NCBI GenBank assembly: GCA_951406725.2
Contig: OX597815.1
Location: 63,550,001 to 63,614,000, forward strand
Length of the DNA: 64,000 nt
Origin: Octopus vulgaris
Taxonomy: Eukaryota
Reading direction: 5' to 3'
Shown: positions 38,108-52,431 of the stretch, piece by piece
Position numbering within the stretch: position 1 is the first letter of the stretch
Layout: each line of letters opens with the position of its first letter
Notes under the pieces: generated by a model
The model's database searches: none
What the model was told of the DNA's origin: nothing
Seen by the model: only the letters and a program-made list of their open reading frames with translations
Made by a program: the position numbers and the translations under genes

Positions 38108-38154
<47 letters not shown>

Positions 38155-38156
<2 letters not shown>

Positions 38157-39895
38157 CCCAACTATTCGGGGAAAGCGATAGGCCACAATGAATTATGCAC
38201 CTACCTCGACGGCCTCCCGCAACACTCGGAAGAAGAGGTTAGAGATGAAAGGCCAATAGCAACAACTGAAACTCGAGAAATATTGAGTGACTGCACAAGG
38301 GTCAAATAGCTCGGTTTAGATGGTCTTCCCTATGAGTTTTATAGTCATATGCCAGAGCTGTTTGGTGATCTCTTGGTAAATGTCTATCACAACTGGCAGC
38401 AAAACGAGAAAATTCTCAGGTTTGTGAACTGAGGTGTGTTAATTTTGCAGAGAAAGGATGCCAGTACAGGGGTTATTATAGACATTTTTCGGCCCATAAC
38501 CTTACTAAATGTAGAGTTTAAAATTCGGGCCAAGGTATTTGCAAAGAGGTTGGTACTCGTGGTAGATGGTTTGGTCGGAGAAGCTCAAACGTGTGCGATC
38601 CCCAATAGATTCATCCACGACAACCTCCATCTCGTGTGTTGTATCATAGAGAGAATGGACAATAAATCTGGTATTAGTGAGGCTCTGATCAATTTTGAAC
38701 AGTCAAATGCTTTCGATAGGGTCGACCATTGCTATTTGGCAGAAGTCTTACAAGCAACAGGTTTCGGACACGATTTCAATGGCTGGATCGCAGCAATGCA
38801 CACTGGCGCTTGCTTAGAGGTAAAAATGCTCACCTCGCCTCTCTAATAACTTATCGCTTGATCATTATACCATGACCTAATCCGTATTTGGCCAAACTGA
38901 AGCGTTTACTTTTCCGCTTCCTATGGAAAGGATGTGTTCCACTGGTGAGGAGCTTCAAGTGTTGCCAAGCACTCTTCGGATGGCGGCTTTGGCATGCCAT
39001 GGTTGCTAATGTATGGACATGCGCTGCGCCTATGCCACTTACTGGTGGGCTGGAGTAGTCTTCATTTGTATGACACACCTTTCTGCAGCTCATCTCTTTG
39101 ACATAATTGCAACCCTGAGTCGAGAAAAGACCAAGACTAGGCGCCTGGCATCTAGAATGTCGTTAAACGCCCACTGCCCTCTACCAGTCAGAGAATACAG
39201 TCGGTGGAAGCTCCACAGTAGCAATATATAGAAATCGAGTGATGGGTAAGAGTGAGGGTGTTCTCAGCAAATTCTAGGAGTCTGAAGGGATGAACTGTCT
39301 ATTTCTTAGGACTTTCGGGTCCGGTAATACCATGGATAACTACCAGAATTCCCAGGCCTAGCACGGCTACCGAGGAGATCAGCCGAATTCTTCGTCAGAA
39401 TCGCCCCACCATTCACCTTTAGCAATGTAGAGCAAGCAGTGTTCCTTTGTCTAGTGGCTATGATAAAAGAGGCTGAGTGGTGAACGAGGCTGACGGGATC
39501 TAGGACACCTTCCTCTTTGTTCAAGCTCCCACCAAGTCTTCTTGGAAATAAAAGTGAGGTTGGAGAGGGCAATACTATCTGGAGAGGGAAATGCTAATTG
39601 TGAAAAGATGGGTGATTGTGGCAAAAAAGGTTAGAGTGAATGTATGTGTCAGTAGAAGGAAGAGCAAGAGAGACGGTTCGTGCTTTTGATGGTCAGGGTA
39701 ATCGGGAATCTGTATAGTACCTTGATTGGCTCCTGTTGGAGTTTCTTCTGTATCAAAAGGACTACATCATTCATATTTTCACATATTTTGTATATGCATA
39801 ATTTTATTGCATTTCACCTTTTCTTTCTCTTCATCCCACGCAATTGTTATCTGTCCTTGTGATATCTAAGATCCCGTGGTTAATAAAAGAAAAAA
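38155..39895 (+). pseudogene. Decayed, internally deleted Tx1/L1-type LINE (RT fragments to 3' UTR)
   Basis: GLDGLPYEFY, FRPITLLNVEFKI, IHDNL, AFDRVDH; the later part is homologous to 35299-36560; ends ...gtggttaataaaagaaa then (TTA)n. Confidence 0.85.
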
Positions 39896-39903
39896 TATTA
39901 TTA

Positions 39904-39967
<64 letters not shown>

Positions 39968-39971
39968 ATAA

Positions 39972-40180
39972 GGCGGCGAGCTAGCAGAATCGTTAGCATT
40001 CCAGGCGAAATGCTTAGCGCTATTTCGTCTGCCGCTACGTTCTGAGTTCAAAAATCCGCCGAGGTCGACTTTGCCTTTCATCCTTTCAGGGTCGATAAAT
40101 CAAGTACCAGTTGAGTACTGGTGTCGATGAAATCGACTCACCCCACTCCTAAGTTTCTGACCTGTGCCTATAGTAGAAAG
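39972..40180 (+). mobile_element. SINE family C (well preserved)
   Basis: ggcggcgagctagcagaatcgttagc...gttctgagttcaaa...gtcgactttgcctttcatcc. Confidence 0.9.
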
Positions 40181-40181
40181 G

Positions 40182-40273
<92 letters not shown>

Positions 40274-42625
40274 CATTACAACTTGAAATCTGATTCACAC
40301 TTCGTCTCCAGCCGACCAATTCAATTAATTATTCTTTATCCATCAGTTCTTTCCCATATCTACCGAGCAACTCACGCACACGCGAGTGAGTACACACATC
40401 CGAGCGTGAGTGCACGCGCGCACACACACACACACACACATATAGACATCTACTTCGACACAAAAACATTAATATACACACACATACACAAGCGAATACA
40501 AACAAACAAACAAAAAGACTGCATATGCCCATGTAATCCCATATGCATTCTCAGATACATAGGTGATGCAAAATATATATATACATACGTACATACATAC
40601 ATGCAAACATACGTACATACATACATAGTAGTAGTGTTCCCACATACACAGACTCTCTCAAAATACACACATACACACACAATATACACAAGACAATCAT
40701 ATATAATCGCGTGTGCACTGCACACACAACGTACAAAATGACATATAGAGCCATTATACGCATGTTCATTTAGTTATGTATACACCCATACACACAAACA
40801 CACACAGAGACACACAAACACATACAAGCACACAGACACACAAACATAGACAGCACACAGACACACATATGTGGAGCGTAATCATATTAGTACACATAAC
40901 TTTTGTATTACGTCGTCCTCACCACCACCGCCAGGACCACCACCAGCACCGCCACCATCATCATAACCATTATCGCGAGTCAGTTATTAGAGAGCATGCA
41001 TGCAATCTCTCCGCATGCAAGAAATGGCAGACAAATGTCCTTCAAATTACAACGTGTTATTTTAAGCAATGTCGTCCTGCGAGATAAACTATACCCGAAA
41101 AAAATGAAAAGAGATGATCATGGCTGGATTGTTTTTGAGGCGATATCTGTAGACCAAATCTTCAGCAAAAATCATCAAAAGCAACATGACCCACCATCAC
41201 CACCACCGCCGTCGCCGTCGCCGCCACCATCACCACAACCACCACTACCACCACAACAACCACCACCACCACCACCACCACTACAACCATTTTCTTCACC
41301 CCATCGAGGAAGGTTAATAAAAAAGCATTACTAATACTTATTTGGATTGATCAGTCGATAGACTTCCTTTCTTTCGAATTTCTAGCCTTGTATTTACTTA
41401 CGTTCCTTTACGTTCTGTGTTCCTCCCATCAGGGTCAAGTTGGCTTTCATTTGTTCCGCCGGTGCCAATAAACTATTGATGTCTATTTAATCGACTCTGC
41501 CCTTCACCAAAATGTTTTCTCCGTTACAAATGTTACTAATCAATATTATTATTATGTTTCGTAGTATTTTAATCGCATCTCTTTAGTTCCTGAGATCAAT
41601 CCCACAGAGGCCGACCTTAACTTTCATCGTAGGCCGGATTGATAAAGTAAACGGCTGCCATTATCAGCGGCGGGGTGGTGATTCAATCAACAAAATCCTT
41701 TATAAATTTATTGTCCTGGGCCGATGCCACAAAATCATTAATAATATTATTGCAATCATCATTATTATCTTATTCTTTAATGTGTTTAACTCCTATGGCT
41801 CCAACCTCATTTTCTTGTGCCCTTTTTAGAGGTTATCCGTACCATACCGTCTGCTTTAACATGACCTATGACGCTTGGTAACCTTTAGCGGAGTCTACTC
41901 TGCTGTAAGTTTTTGGAAATACCGACAGTTTGAGGATATCAAAATCGCAGAACAGAGTTGCTGATAGTTCTCCTTTCACTCGAACCACTGAGAGAATCTC
42001 TTTTCGGTCGTTTAACCCAGTAGAAACAACGAATAAATGTCCCCTTAAATCATATCCCAACATCTTCAAAAAGGGGAACGATACAATGGATATCTTGGGG
42101 ACGCCGTCAATAAGAATTTACTGTTTCTGCTCATTTATTCGCAGGCCTAAACATAGTGGTAGTGGTGGGGGTGGTTTTAGAAGACTGACCAATGGTCTGT
42201 CATGCAATTCTCTCTGTCACCATGACACCGCTGTTGTTTCAGTTAAATGTGGTTAGATTAGGGCACCAGTATCATTGCAGACATTGCTTTTAGAGGGCAA
42301 ACAGCCGGTTCGATTACCACAAGGCATCACGTACCGCCTTCTATCATCTCTACTATACCACTACACGCGTTTGGTACTCTTTTTATCGACCTCAAAAACA
42401 AGATGAAAAGCGAAATTAATCTCTTGGCGAGATCTGAACTCAGAGGGCAGGGAGTTGAAAGAACGAACAAACATAATCTTAAAAACCTTTATAATAGGAG
42501 ATGGTCATGGCTAGAATGTCCTTGAGGATATATCTGTCGAACAGGACTGATCTGGAAGCTAAACAACATCGTCAACAACAGCCAGGACGACGACGACGAC
42601 GACAACAACAACAACAACAACAACA

Positions 42626-42671
<46 letters not shown>

Positions 42672-42770
42672 TCTATCTATCTATCTATTTATGTGTCCGT
42701 CAGTCTGTCTACCTACCTACCTACTTAGCTATTGAACTGCCTGTCTGTTTATCTATCTATCTTTTTATCC

Positions 42771-42810
<40 letters not shown>

Positions 42811-42817
42811 TTCTCTA

Positions 42818-42877
<60 letters not shown>

Positions 42878-43303
42878 CATCTATCTATCTACCTATCTGT
42901 TTGTCTGTATATTAAATAGCATTTACCTAACTGTTCTCTGAACACATCCTCATCTACACGTCATAGATCTCAGAGAACTTTTAACAAGGTATTGAAAAGT
43001 TGTGGATTCCTAAGCTATTGCGGAGAAGGCGAGATCTTTTACGTCTGGCGATCAGTATAGTATACGCTCCCTAAGTTAAATTCTGCTTTCCCTGGACCCT
43101 TCCTTTCTCCTCTTTCTGACAAAAAGTTATGCTCGTTACATAAGAAGCCCACTCTTTTTTTTCTCCACCTTTATCGAACCTCAAGCATATAAACGTCCTT
43201 TCGTTGTTTTCTTATTTGTTACTTTTAATGTTCGATTTGGCTATATATATATATATATATATATTTAAAAAGGAGATGTGGAACACGAGTTGTGATATAT
43301 AAA

Positions 43304-43470
43304 AAAAGGAAGTGAAGAAAATGCTGACAAAATAATTTAAGTAATTTAAGTAATTTCCAGAGGAAAAAACTTTTGATAAGTATAACAAATGCGCAACCGG
43401 TAAAAAGAACTTTCACCTAATTAAATTACTTAAATTACTTAAATTATTTTGTCAGCATTTTCTTCACTTC

Positions 43471-43475
<5 letters not shown>
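43304..43475. mobile_element. Fold-back with 53-bp perfect arms enclosing a decayed U3-A8 hammerhead
   Basis: Arms 43304-43356 / 43423-43475; loop contains TTGATAA-gtat-aacaa-atgc-GCAA-ccgg-TA (43373-43402); (TA)n flank. Confidence 0.7.
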
Positions 43476-43513
<38 letters not shown>

Positions 43514-43518
<5 letters not shown>

Positions 43519-43635
43519 TAATAGTTTAAAAAAACCCAGAATATACATAGAATAATCACATTTTTAAATCATGCTGCAATAAAAATGTGATTATTCTATG
43601 CATATTCTGTTTTCTTTAGACAATTAATAATTTCT
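43514..43635. repeat. Imperfect hairpin abutting (TA)n
   Basis: cagaatatacatagaataatcacattttt / aaaaatgtgattattctatgcatattctg. Confidence 0.75.
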
Positions 43636-43871
43636 CCTATATTTTTTATCGAAAAGAATGAAGCCTCCATAGGGACAACTGGACATTCGGAAGTGAAATG
43701 TACTAAAAATGGTCAAACTAACCAGTCACAAACATTAGCACAAAAATTCAAGAATGATATCCAGAATCATCAATCGATAATAGCAGAAAAATAGTCCTGC
43801 TTGGGTAACATATCTCCACAAAAGAAAAAGAACTTCTTTACGAAGAAAAAAATTTTTTGAATACAGGCTAT

Positions 43872-43903
<32 letters not shown>

Positions 43904-43989
43904 GTATATATATTACACAGCGTATTTTTCGCGCCTTCTCTCAATATAAAATATATGATTATTCAGTACATATTCATAGGCGAAACATT

Positions 43990-44026
<37 letters not shown>

Positions 44027-44095
44027 GCATACATATATATATATGTGTGTGCGTGTGTGCGTGTGTGTGTGCATGTATATATGTGCGTGGATATG

Positions 44096-44201
<106 letters not shown>

Positions 44202-45301
44202 TATGCGTGTGTGGGTGTATATATATACACATATATAAATTGGTATTTATGTGTTCACGTCTACCGGTATATGCATGTATCTGTGCATGTATATGAGTGT
44301 GATCAGGTGATTTTGCGAGCGTGTTCTCAACTATCTGGCGGCATCACATTAATGACTCAGCAGATATATTGTACTCGCACTCACACTAACATGATCCTCT
44401 GCTGTCTTGGAAAATGAAAATCCTAATAGAGTCCAGATGCCGAGAAATGTTAACTTCCCCATTTATCATCGGCTTCTATGCAGCAATTCTAAGAATCATT
44501 TAGAGCAGCCAATGACAATAGGAGGATAATAATTGAAATAGTGGTACTAAATGACAATAATATCTTAGAGAACCAGGCAGGGATTCTTGGAAATTCAGGT
44601 TGGTTTTAATATTGATTTTTCTATCCTTATTTGTTGCAATATTTTAATCATAATTACACGTGGATATTTGTTTACAATATTAGCACCATTGCAAGAATCA
44701 TGTCCGCTTCTCCATTTGGAATTGGTAGATTTGAAACTATACCTACCTGTTTGTGCAATTATATTGAATTCTTCTTACGTTATTCTTACTTCAAGCTGTT
44801 GCCATGTTTTATGACATTTAAATTAATTTCAGTTCTGATTCACACCGAGTAGTGTATAAAATATTTTCACGTGTATCTCCTTTTACAACGTTAGATAAGG
44901 TTCTGTGTTCATATCTGGATCTGCGCTGCTTGTTGAAGACTTGTTATATCGGCATGGTTGACGGTCAGCTTAAAAACTTTATAAATCCAGGAAGGAGGAT
45001 TCATTTAAGTGAATAATGTAGAATTTGTGATGGAGCGACGCACTGTGAGTGAAAAGAAAGGTAGCGAATGTATAGGATGAGATTGGGTAGAAGTAGACTG
45101 TTACAATCCACATCTGAAGAGCTGGGAACATTGCAAAAGAGAGAGAATGAGTGTTCAAAACTAAAAACTAAAGTCATTTACATATTAGAGTTTCTTTATA
45201 AGTGAGACTTTATCAACAGACCGGATGGTAATTTGAATGCAAGCTAAGATGCCTAAGTGAATCAGCAGCGCCACACAAGATACTCATCATGATCATCATG
45301 G

Positions 45302-45342
<41 letters not shown>

Positions 45343-46128
45343 GTCGTCGTCGATGTCGTCGTCGTCGTCGCCATCATCGCCTGAACATTATTATCTTGAA
45401 TCCGAGGACTCCTAAGGGCGGTTTCTACAGCGTATAAGTGATGGAGATTAGAGGATTCCCTCTAAAAGAGATACCAATCTGTCGTAGGGGTACGCACTCA
45501 CAGCAAAGTGGACTAAACGTCTAAAGAACCCAACACACCGTCTTGTCCAGGAATCGAAACCAGAATCATACGATCATGACTACAACACCTTAACCACTTG
45601 ACCCACGTGCTTTCATTGGTTGGATATTGAAACAGGGTTCATTCTATTAGGAGTTTCACTTGAACTTTGAAGACAGCCAGCTGTAGTTTCTGGTTCTGAA
45701 TTGGAAGATTTCTGTTTAGACACAGATATTGTTCTGGTGTTTATCTGAACCAAACTGTCTGACCAGATTTCTGGTTTTGAAGAAAATTTCCTCTCTGCCA
45801 CCAACTAGGCTCAGAAGATCTGAAAACTAAGCGGTTCGTTGACGCTGCTTTTTCCTTCTTTTCTATTTCTTATTAAATGGTAAAAAAAAAAAGGTGGGGT
45901 ACGTTGAGTAAGAAATGGTGTAGAGTATGGGTTACTTCTATTTCATTCCTTCAGAGAAGTGGTGGGGGTAAGAGGTGGTAAGAAGTATGAGTTATGCATG
46001 GTCTGACAGATAGTGAGGAGATTAGCTAGAAGTGTTTTCGCAACATATATAGATTTACTGATATAAGTTCCATTGTATCGGGTTCGAGGTAGAAAAGCGC
46101 TAAGCAAAATGCATTATAACGTTTCGTT

Positions 46129-46520
46129 CGAGCTGGCAGAAACGTCAGCACGCCGGGCGAAATGCTTAGCGGTATTTCGTCTGCCGTTACGAAAGGCAGC
46201 GAGCTGGCAGAAATGCTTAGCGGTATTTCGTCTGCCGCTACGTTCTGAGTTGAAATTCCGCCGAGGTCGACTTTGCCTTTCATCCTTTCGGGGTCGATTA
46301 AATAAGCACCAGTTACGTACTGGGGGTCGATGTAATCGACTTAATCCGTGTGTCTGTCCTTGTTTGTCCCCTCTGTGTTTAGCCCCTTGTGGGTAGTAAA
46401 GAAATAGGTATTTCGTCTGCCGCTACGTTCTGAGTTGAAATTCCGCCGAGGTCGACTTTGCCTTTCATCCTTTCGGGGTCGATAAATTAAGTACCAGTTG
46501 CGTACTGGGGTCGATCTAAT
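46129..46520 (+). mobile_element. Internally re-iterated SINE family C
   Basis: ggtatttcgtctgccg module x3; core duplicated at about 46222-46340 and 46407-46520. Confidence 0.9.
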
Positions 46521-47538
46521 CCATCTGCCAGCCCTTTTTCAATCCTTGTCTTATAGCCTTTTGTGATGCATCACTTATACTTTTATCTCTCTTTCTATTT
46601 GATCATTCCTCCTCTTTCTCCGTTATCCTCTTAATGTATTTAACAACCCACCGTTGCTGCAATATTCCCTCACTCTTTCCAGTCATCTGTTCTTCTCTCA
46701 CCTTTCCCATAAGGTGCCATTGCCCTTCCTGCCTGTTACCACAGGTGGATTGAAAAGTATTATCGGATAGTGTTGACAACAGATGGAGAAACTAGACGTG
46801 TTTACGCCCAAATCTTCTGTGTCTTTGTTATGCTTGTATAATTCATGATTCTGCGTTCTGTTTCACACGGGTGTAGCACATTTTGTACGTACGTACGTAC
46901 GTATGTATGTATGTATGTATGTATGTATGTATGTATGTATGTATGTATGTATGTATGTTTGTGTGTGTGTATTGTATGTATGTATGTATGTATGTATGTA
47001 TGTTTGTGTGTGTGTATTGTATGTGTTGTGTGTTTGTTTACTACATACAGTTTGAATATTGCCACCACCACTACGACCACCTGCTTCACACAACTATCAC
47101 CACCATCCACAGCATCACAACATCTACATTATCAACAACACCTTCACCACTACCAAATATCAGCATTATCACTACAATCAGTCCCACCGTCACCACCACG
47201 AAAACGAAGACCTCGACGACGACGACAACCACCACCACCACCACCACCAAAAACACCACACGCACGCACTCCTAGACCTTCACATTGTGATTCCACTCTG
47301 TACAGCAATATACATAGTTACTATTTGATGCACACTCCGAAGCTACATACATACATACACACAAATGCACTCACACACACACACACACAGATGCACACAC
47401 TCACATATACTCTTACATGCACATATACATATATACGGAGATATTTAGATGTGTCGATGTGTGTGTTTGTGTGTGTGCGTGTGTGTGTGTGTGCGTGTGT
47501 TTGTGTATATACACACACACATGCATACGCACACAAGC

Positions 47539-47570
<32 letters not shown>

Positions 47571-47794
47571 ATGTGTGTGTGTGTGTGTGCATGTGTATAT
47601 GTAGTGTTAGCACTACATCATTATTTTTCATAGACTCAAGCACTCGAACAGAGATAATAACATGCACATAAATATATAGAGATACATACATACATAACTA
47701 TGTATTTATATGCACATATATACATACATATATATTTATATAAATGTATGTATATTTATATATATACATACATATTTATATATATATACATACA

Positions 47795-48097
47795 GACACA
47801 GGAGTCGATGTGTGGTATGTAGCTTGCTTACAAACCACATGGTTCCGGGTTCAGTTCCACTGCGTGGTACCTTGGGCAAGTGTCTTCTACTTTGGCCTCG
47901 GGCCGACCAAAGCCTTGTGAGTGGATTTGATTGACGGAAACTGAAAAGGGGCCCGTCGTATATATGTATATATGTATGCGTATGTGTGTGTATGTGTTTG
48001 TGTCTGTGTTTGTCCCCCCGACATCGCTTGACGACCGATGTTGATGTGTTTACGTCCCTATAACTTAGCGGTTCGGCAAAACAACTGATAGAATAAA
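47795..48097 (+). mobile_element. Composite SINE A/B
   Basis: Head, (TA)/(TG) spacer, partial tail. Confidence 0.85.
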
Positions 48098-48397
48098 TTT
48101 ACACTAAAAATCATAAATTTACATGAAAAATCATTGACCCTTTCGTTTGCAAGTGCCATTGTGCTATTTTGACTGAAAAAGTAACTCGAGTTCCGTAGTG
48201 TGGTGTAAATACAGAAATAAACTATAAATTTACACACAAAAAAGCGTACCTACATACATATTTATGCATAGGCTTATAATAACCATATAAATATGTATTC
48301 ATATAAATGCATATTAATATAAATATAATTACATACATACACATACACTTGTATCTATATCTATCTACATTTATGCATGTGTGTGTGTGTGTGTGTG

Positions 48398-48439
<42 letters not shown>

Positions 48440-48442
<3 letters not shown>

Positions 48443-48692
48443 CTTTACTACCCACAAGGGGGTAAACACAGAGGGGACAATCAAGGACAGACAAACGGAT
48501 TAAGTCGATTACATCGACCTCAGTGCGTAACTGGTACTTAATACTTCGGCGGAATTTGAACTCAGAACGTAAGGCGCAGGGGTGACTGTGTGGTAAGTAC
48601 CTTGCTTACCAACTACATGGTTCCGAGTTCAGTCCTACTGCGTGACACCTTGGGCAAGTATCTTCTTCTATAGCCTCGGGCCGACCAAAGCC

Positions 48693-48751
<59 letters not shown>

Positions 48752-48770
48752 TGTATTTATCCCCCCAGGC
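48440..48770. mobile_element. SINE C fragment (minus, 48440-48571) abutting SINE A head (plus, 48573-48770)
   Basis: Family matches. Confidence 0.8.
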
Positions 48771-49219
48771 AAGTGTTTTGGCTCTTAACTTCTTACACTC
48801 TAATGGAGAGGGGCGGGTCACATCCGGGTTATAACTCATGGGTGCCATTCTGCTGATACTTTTTAGCCACTTGGATATCGAAGATCTGTGCATTTAAACC
48901 GCCTGGAGATTTCATTTAGTTGTAACTCCTGTCTGTTAACTCAGCTTTCAAACTTACATTTAAAGAAAAAATAGGGTTAGTTGTGATAGCGGCGACACGT
49001 CAACGCTATTACAAGTACTCAAAGTTACTTCTTTTAACATTAAGGCAAAAATATTGCTTTCAGACGAGATGGGGGTCGCTTTTCTTTCTCCTTGACCAGA
49101 TCCAGCCTGTCTTTCCAAGTGTCACCTGGTATTTCCCGGATGTCCTCCGGCCTTTTTCTTAAAGTCAGTGATCTAGCCATGTGTCAGAGAAAACAAACGC
49201 TCAAGAGAGCTGAACAGCA

Positions 49220-49545
49220 GAAAGTCTTCAGAATTCAGATATGTGACCTTTCGGCCAAACAAAGCCTGCATCTCTTTGACCCATCAACGTATAGCATAGA
49301 TCATTCTACGACCTTCACTTGATGGTGTGTGGTGTATTGTTGACTTTCAGCTCCCAGATATAGTGTATCAACTTTATGGTTTTCTTCTTATTCACCTGTC
49401 GGAAAGAAGACTGGTGGCTAGCATGTCATTTCTTAAAGTCACTTTCGCATATACCAATCTTCATTTTTGAATTCTAGATCTGGAATACATGCCACTATTT
49501 GTCTCTGTTATTCAGATACATGACATTGACCACTTCCAGATATAT
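49220..49545 (-). pseudogene. Penelope-like GIY-YIG endonuclease relic (Neptune-like C-terminus)
   Basis: Minus-strand translation KIGICESDFKK*HASHQSSFRQ...KLIHYIWELKVNNTPHTIK(W)KVVE*SMLYVDGSKRCRLCLAERSHI matches the PLE pattern YIG...FK.R...H.SSF...YIW.LK.....IKW.......Y..G.K.C.LC..E. Confidence 0.8.
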
Positions 49546-49873
49546 ATCTTAGCTCCTTTTTGTTTAAATTACCTAAATCATAACGGTTTGCAACTCTTTT
49601 CTTAGAAGTCTAAGTCCTTTGACTACTGGAGATTAAGGTTGGAAAATTGTCGTACTGATAAAGAAACACGAAAAGCCTCTTGCCCCCGTAATGGCATGTC
49701 AGTTTTGGTGAATTTGTGTATGTTGAGATTATCTCCCCTTCTCAAGTTGAGTTGATCATAACTGCCATTTGATACATCCTCTAGAGATGGAGTTAAATTT
49801 AATGAAGCGAGAATGTTTGCTGTAATTTTTGTTTACAAATATATACATACATGTATGATTGTTGATATGTATG

Positions 49874-49917
<44 letters not shown>

Positions 49918-50687
49918 GTTGTGTAAAACAGAAGCATTATTAGATAAAAATGGTCATCTGTGTATCGTACTTAATGCAAATGTTTTTGCATATAATAAAA
50001 CAAAAACAAATGAATAAAAGAATCTAACATATCAAAATATGTATCATCGCTAACCTCCACTAACGGCAAGAGGATTCTGCGCAAGTACAAGAGCTAAACC
50101 AAATTTTCATTAACCTGGAAACGTTAAACATGTGAAACTCAGATAACCATGTACTATATAAATTTTAATATAAATATGAAAGTTGTAAACTTCATGACTC
50201 CGACTGTTAGATCGGACATACATACACGACAGTATACCGTCAGTTGGCGATCTATTTACAAGAAGGACTTATTGAATGGCATAATAATGATAAAACTATA
50301 GAATTCCAATAAAATTAGTTTTTAACCTCGGGAACCGTTATACGCTATATTAATTCGAATCAATACAATTAATAACAACATGTAAAACCCAGATCAAAAC
50401 TTAGATGTATGTGTGTGTGTATGCATGTGTGTGTGCGTAAGTATGTGCGCGCGTCCGGATGCATGCTTGCGTGTATGTATACCAATTTATGTGTCTATAT
50501 ATGTATGTGATTATATATACATGCGTACATACATACATATATACATATATATGCAAAATATGCGCCTTTCTATATCTGTACGTGTCTATACATATAAATA
50601 CCTCCATATTGGTTAAATGACTTCTATCGAAGCCCTAGTGTCTCCCCAGTGAGACTTGTTGTTGTTGTTGTTGTTGTTGTTCTTCTT

Positions 50688-50826
<139 letters not shown>

Positions 50827-51444
50827 GCATATATATTTATGTCTATATATGCAGATTTTTAGTTTCGTGTATATATAGATACACATACATATGTGTGCGT
50901 ATATATATATATATATATACACATGAATACATACATATTAATATATACATATATACGTTTATGCACGCACACACATATTTACATGCAAGCCCATGTGTGT
51001 GTGTGTGCGTGCGTGTGTACTGTAAGGTGTGTATTATGCATGACTTGTAGCTGTCGAAAACCTACAGCGAAGAAGTGAAAACCTATGTCGGTGTTATATT
51101 TGTAACAATTGAGTGTCGAAATAAATAACGAACGAAAGAAGGGGAGGTAACTGCCAGATCGGATGTAACAATGGCGAAAGTAATACAGACGAACGAGTGA
51201 TGAAGGAGAGAAACCCAGTAATAAAGTATAAAAATATCAGTCACACCTGTATGAAGGAAGGAAAGAAAGAAGGGACGAAAGAAAGGAATGGAAGAAAGAA
51301 TGGAAGACGGAAAAAAAAGAAAAAATGTATATGTCAGTTATAACCCAGTGACAAAAACTCACGCTGTTGATATTATTTATGGCTGCTAATATTGTGTGTG
51401 TGTGTGTGGTTGAATGGGTGTATGTGTATGTCTGCGGGATTATA

Positions 51445-51492
<48 letters not shown>

Positions 51493-51775
51493 TATATATG
51501 TATGTGTGTATATATATGCGTGTATGTTTATATATATGTATATATATGTATGTATGTATATGCGTGTGTGAGTGTGTGTGTGTGAGCTTGTGAAGTAAAA
51601 CATGTATGTATACACACACACACACACACACATAGAATACACACATGTATATGTGTTGGTGTGTAGGTAGATATAAACCATCTTTATTCTTTTTCTTTTT
51701 ATAGTTTTACGTATTTTTCACGTTTATGTATTTATTTTGTGTTTGTTTTTCTTTTTGTCGTTCCTTTCCTAACAG

Positions 51776-52001
51776 AAACGTGTCTCTAAGGGGATTCTTA
51801 CAGAACAGTAAAAATAAGTGAAGCTGCACTAATAACGAAAAGAAAACACACAGAACAACAAAAACATTGAGAAAAACAGCAAGTAAAACAAGGAAAAATA
51901 AGCATAAGCCAAAACCAGAAGAACAACAAGAACAACAGCGCACGCAACAACAACGACGGTGAGGACGGCAACGTCAACTACAAGAACATTTGGATGTCCG
52001 A
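51776..52001 (+). other. Possible spliced exon (non-coding or terminal)
   Basis: Pyrimidine tract ending cctaacAG upstream and GTGAGT donor at 52002; stops in all three frames. Confidence 0.25.
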
Positions 52002-52431
52002 GTGAGTTCTTCTTTTCTTCCAAACAGTGCCAGACAGAAGGACGTAAAACTTCTTGGAACTGCAAAGAGAAAACGTACAGTAAATATAGAAATATTGGAA
52101 GAAATGGCGACCCTTGAGACATAAATGGTACTTGTAGAAAAGTGGGTTTTGGCAACTACAGGGAGTATTTATAGTGTGCTACACAACTCTATAATGTAGA
52201 TTAAAGTACATTAGCCAAGCACAGTACATTGGAATGTACTCTACTACCCTAAACAAAAAAACTACACAAAGTACCCTGTTGTAGTTACATTTCACTATGC
52301 TTCACAACAAGTACACTATACTGTACTACACAGCAGGAATCACTTCAAGTACACTACATGGCAGTACACCTCACTGCAGTACACATCACTATACTACAAT
52401 AAAGTACAGAACAAAACATTACACAAGTACA

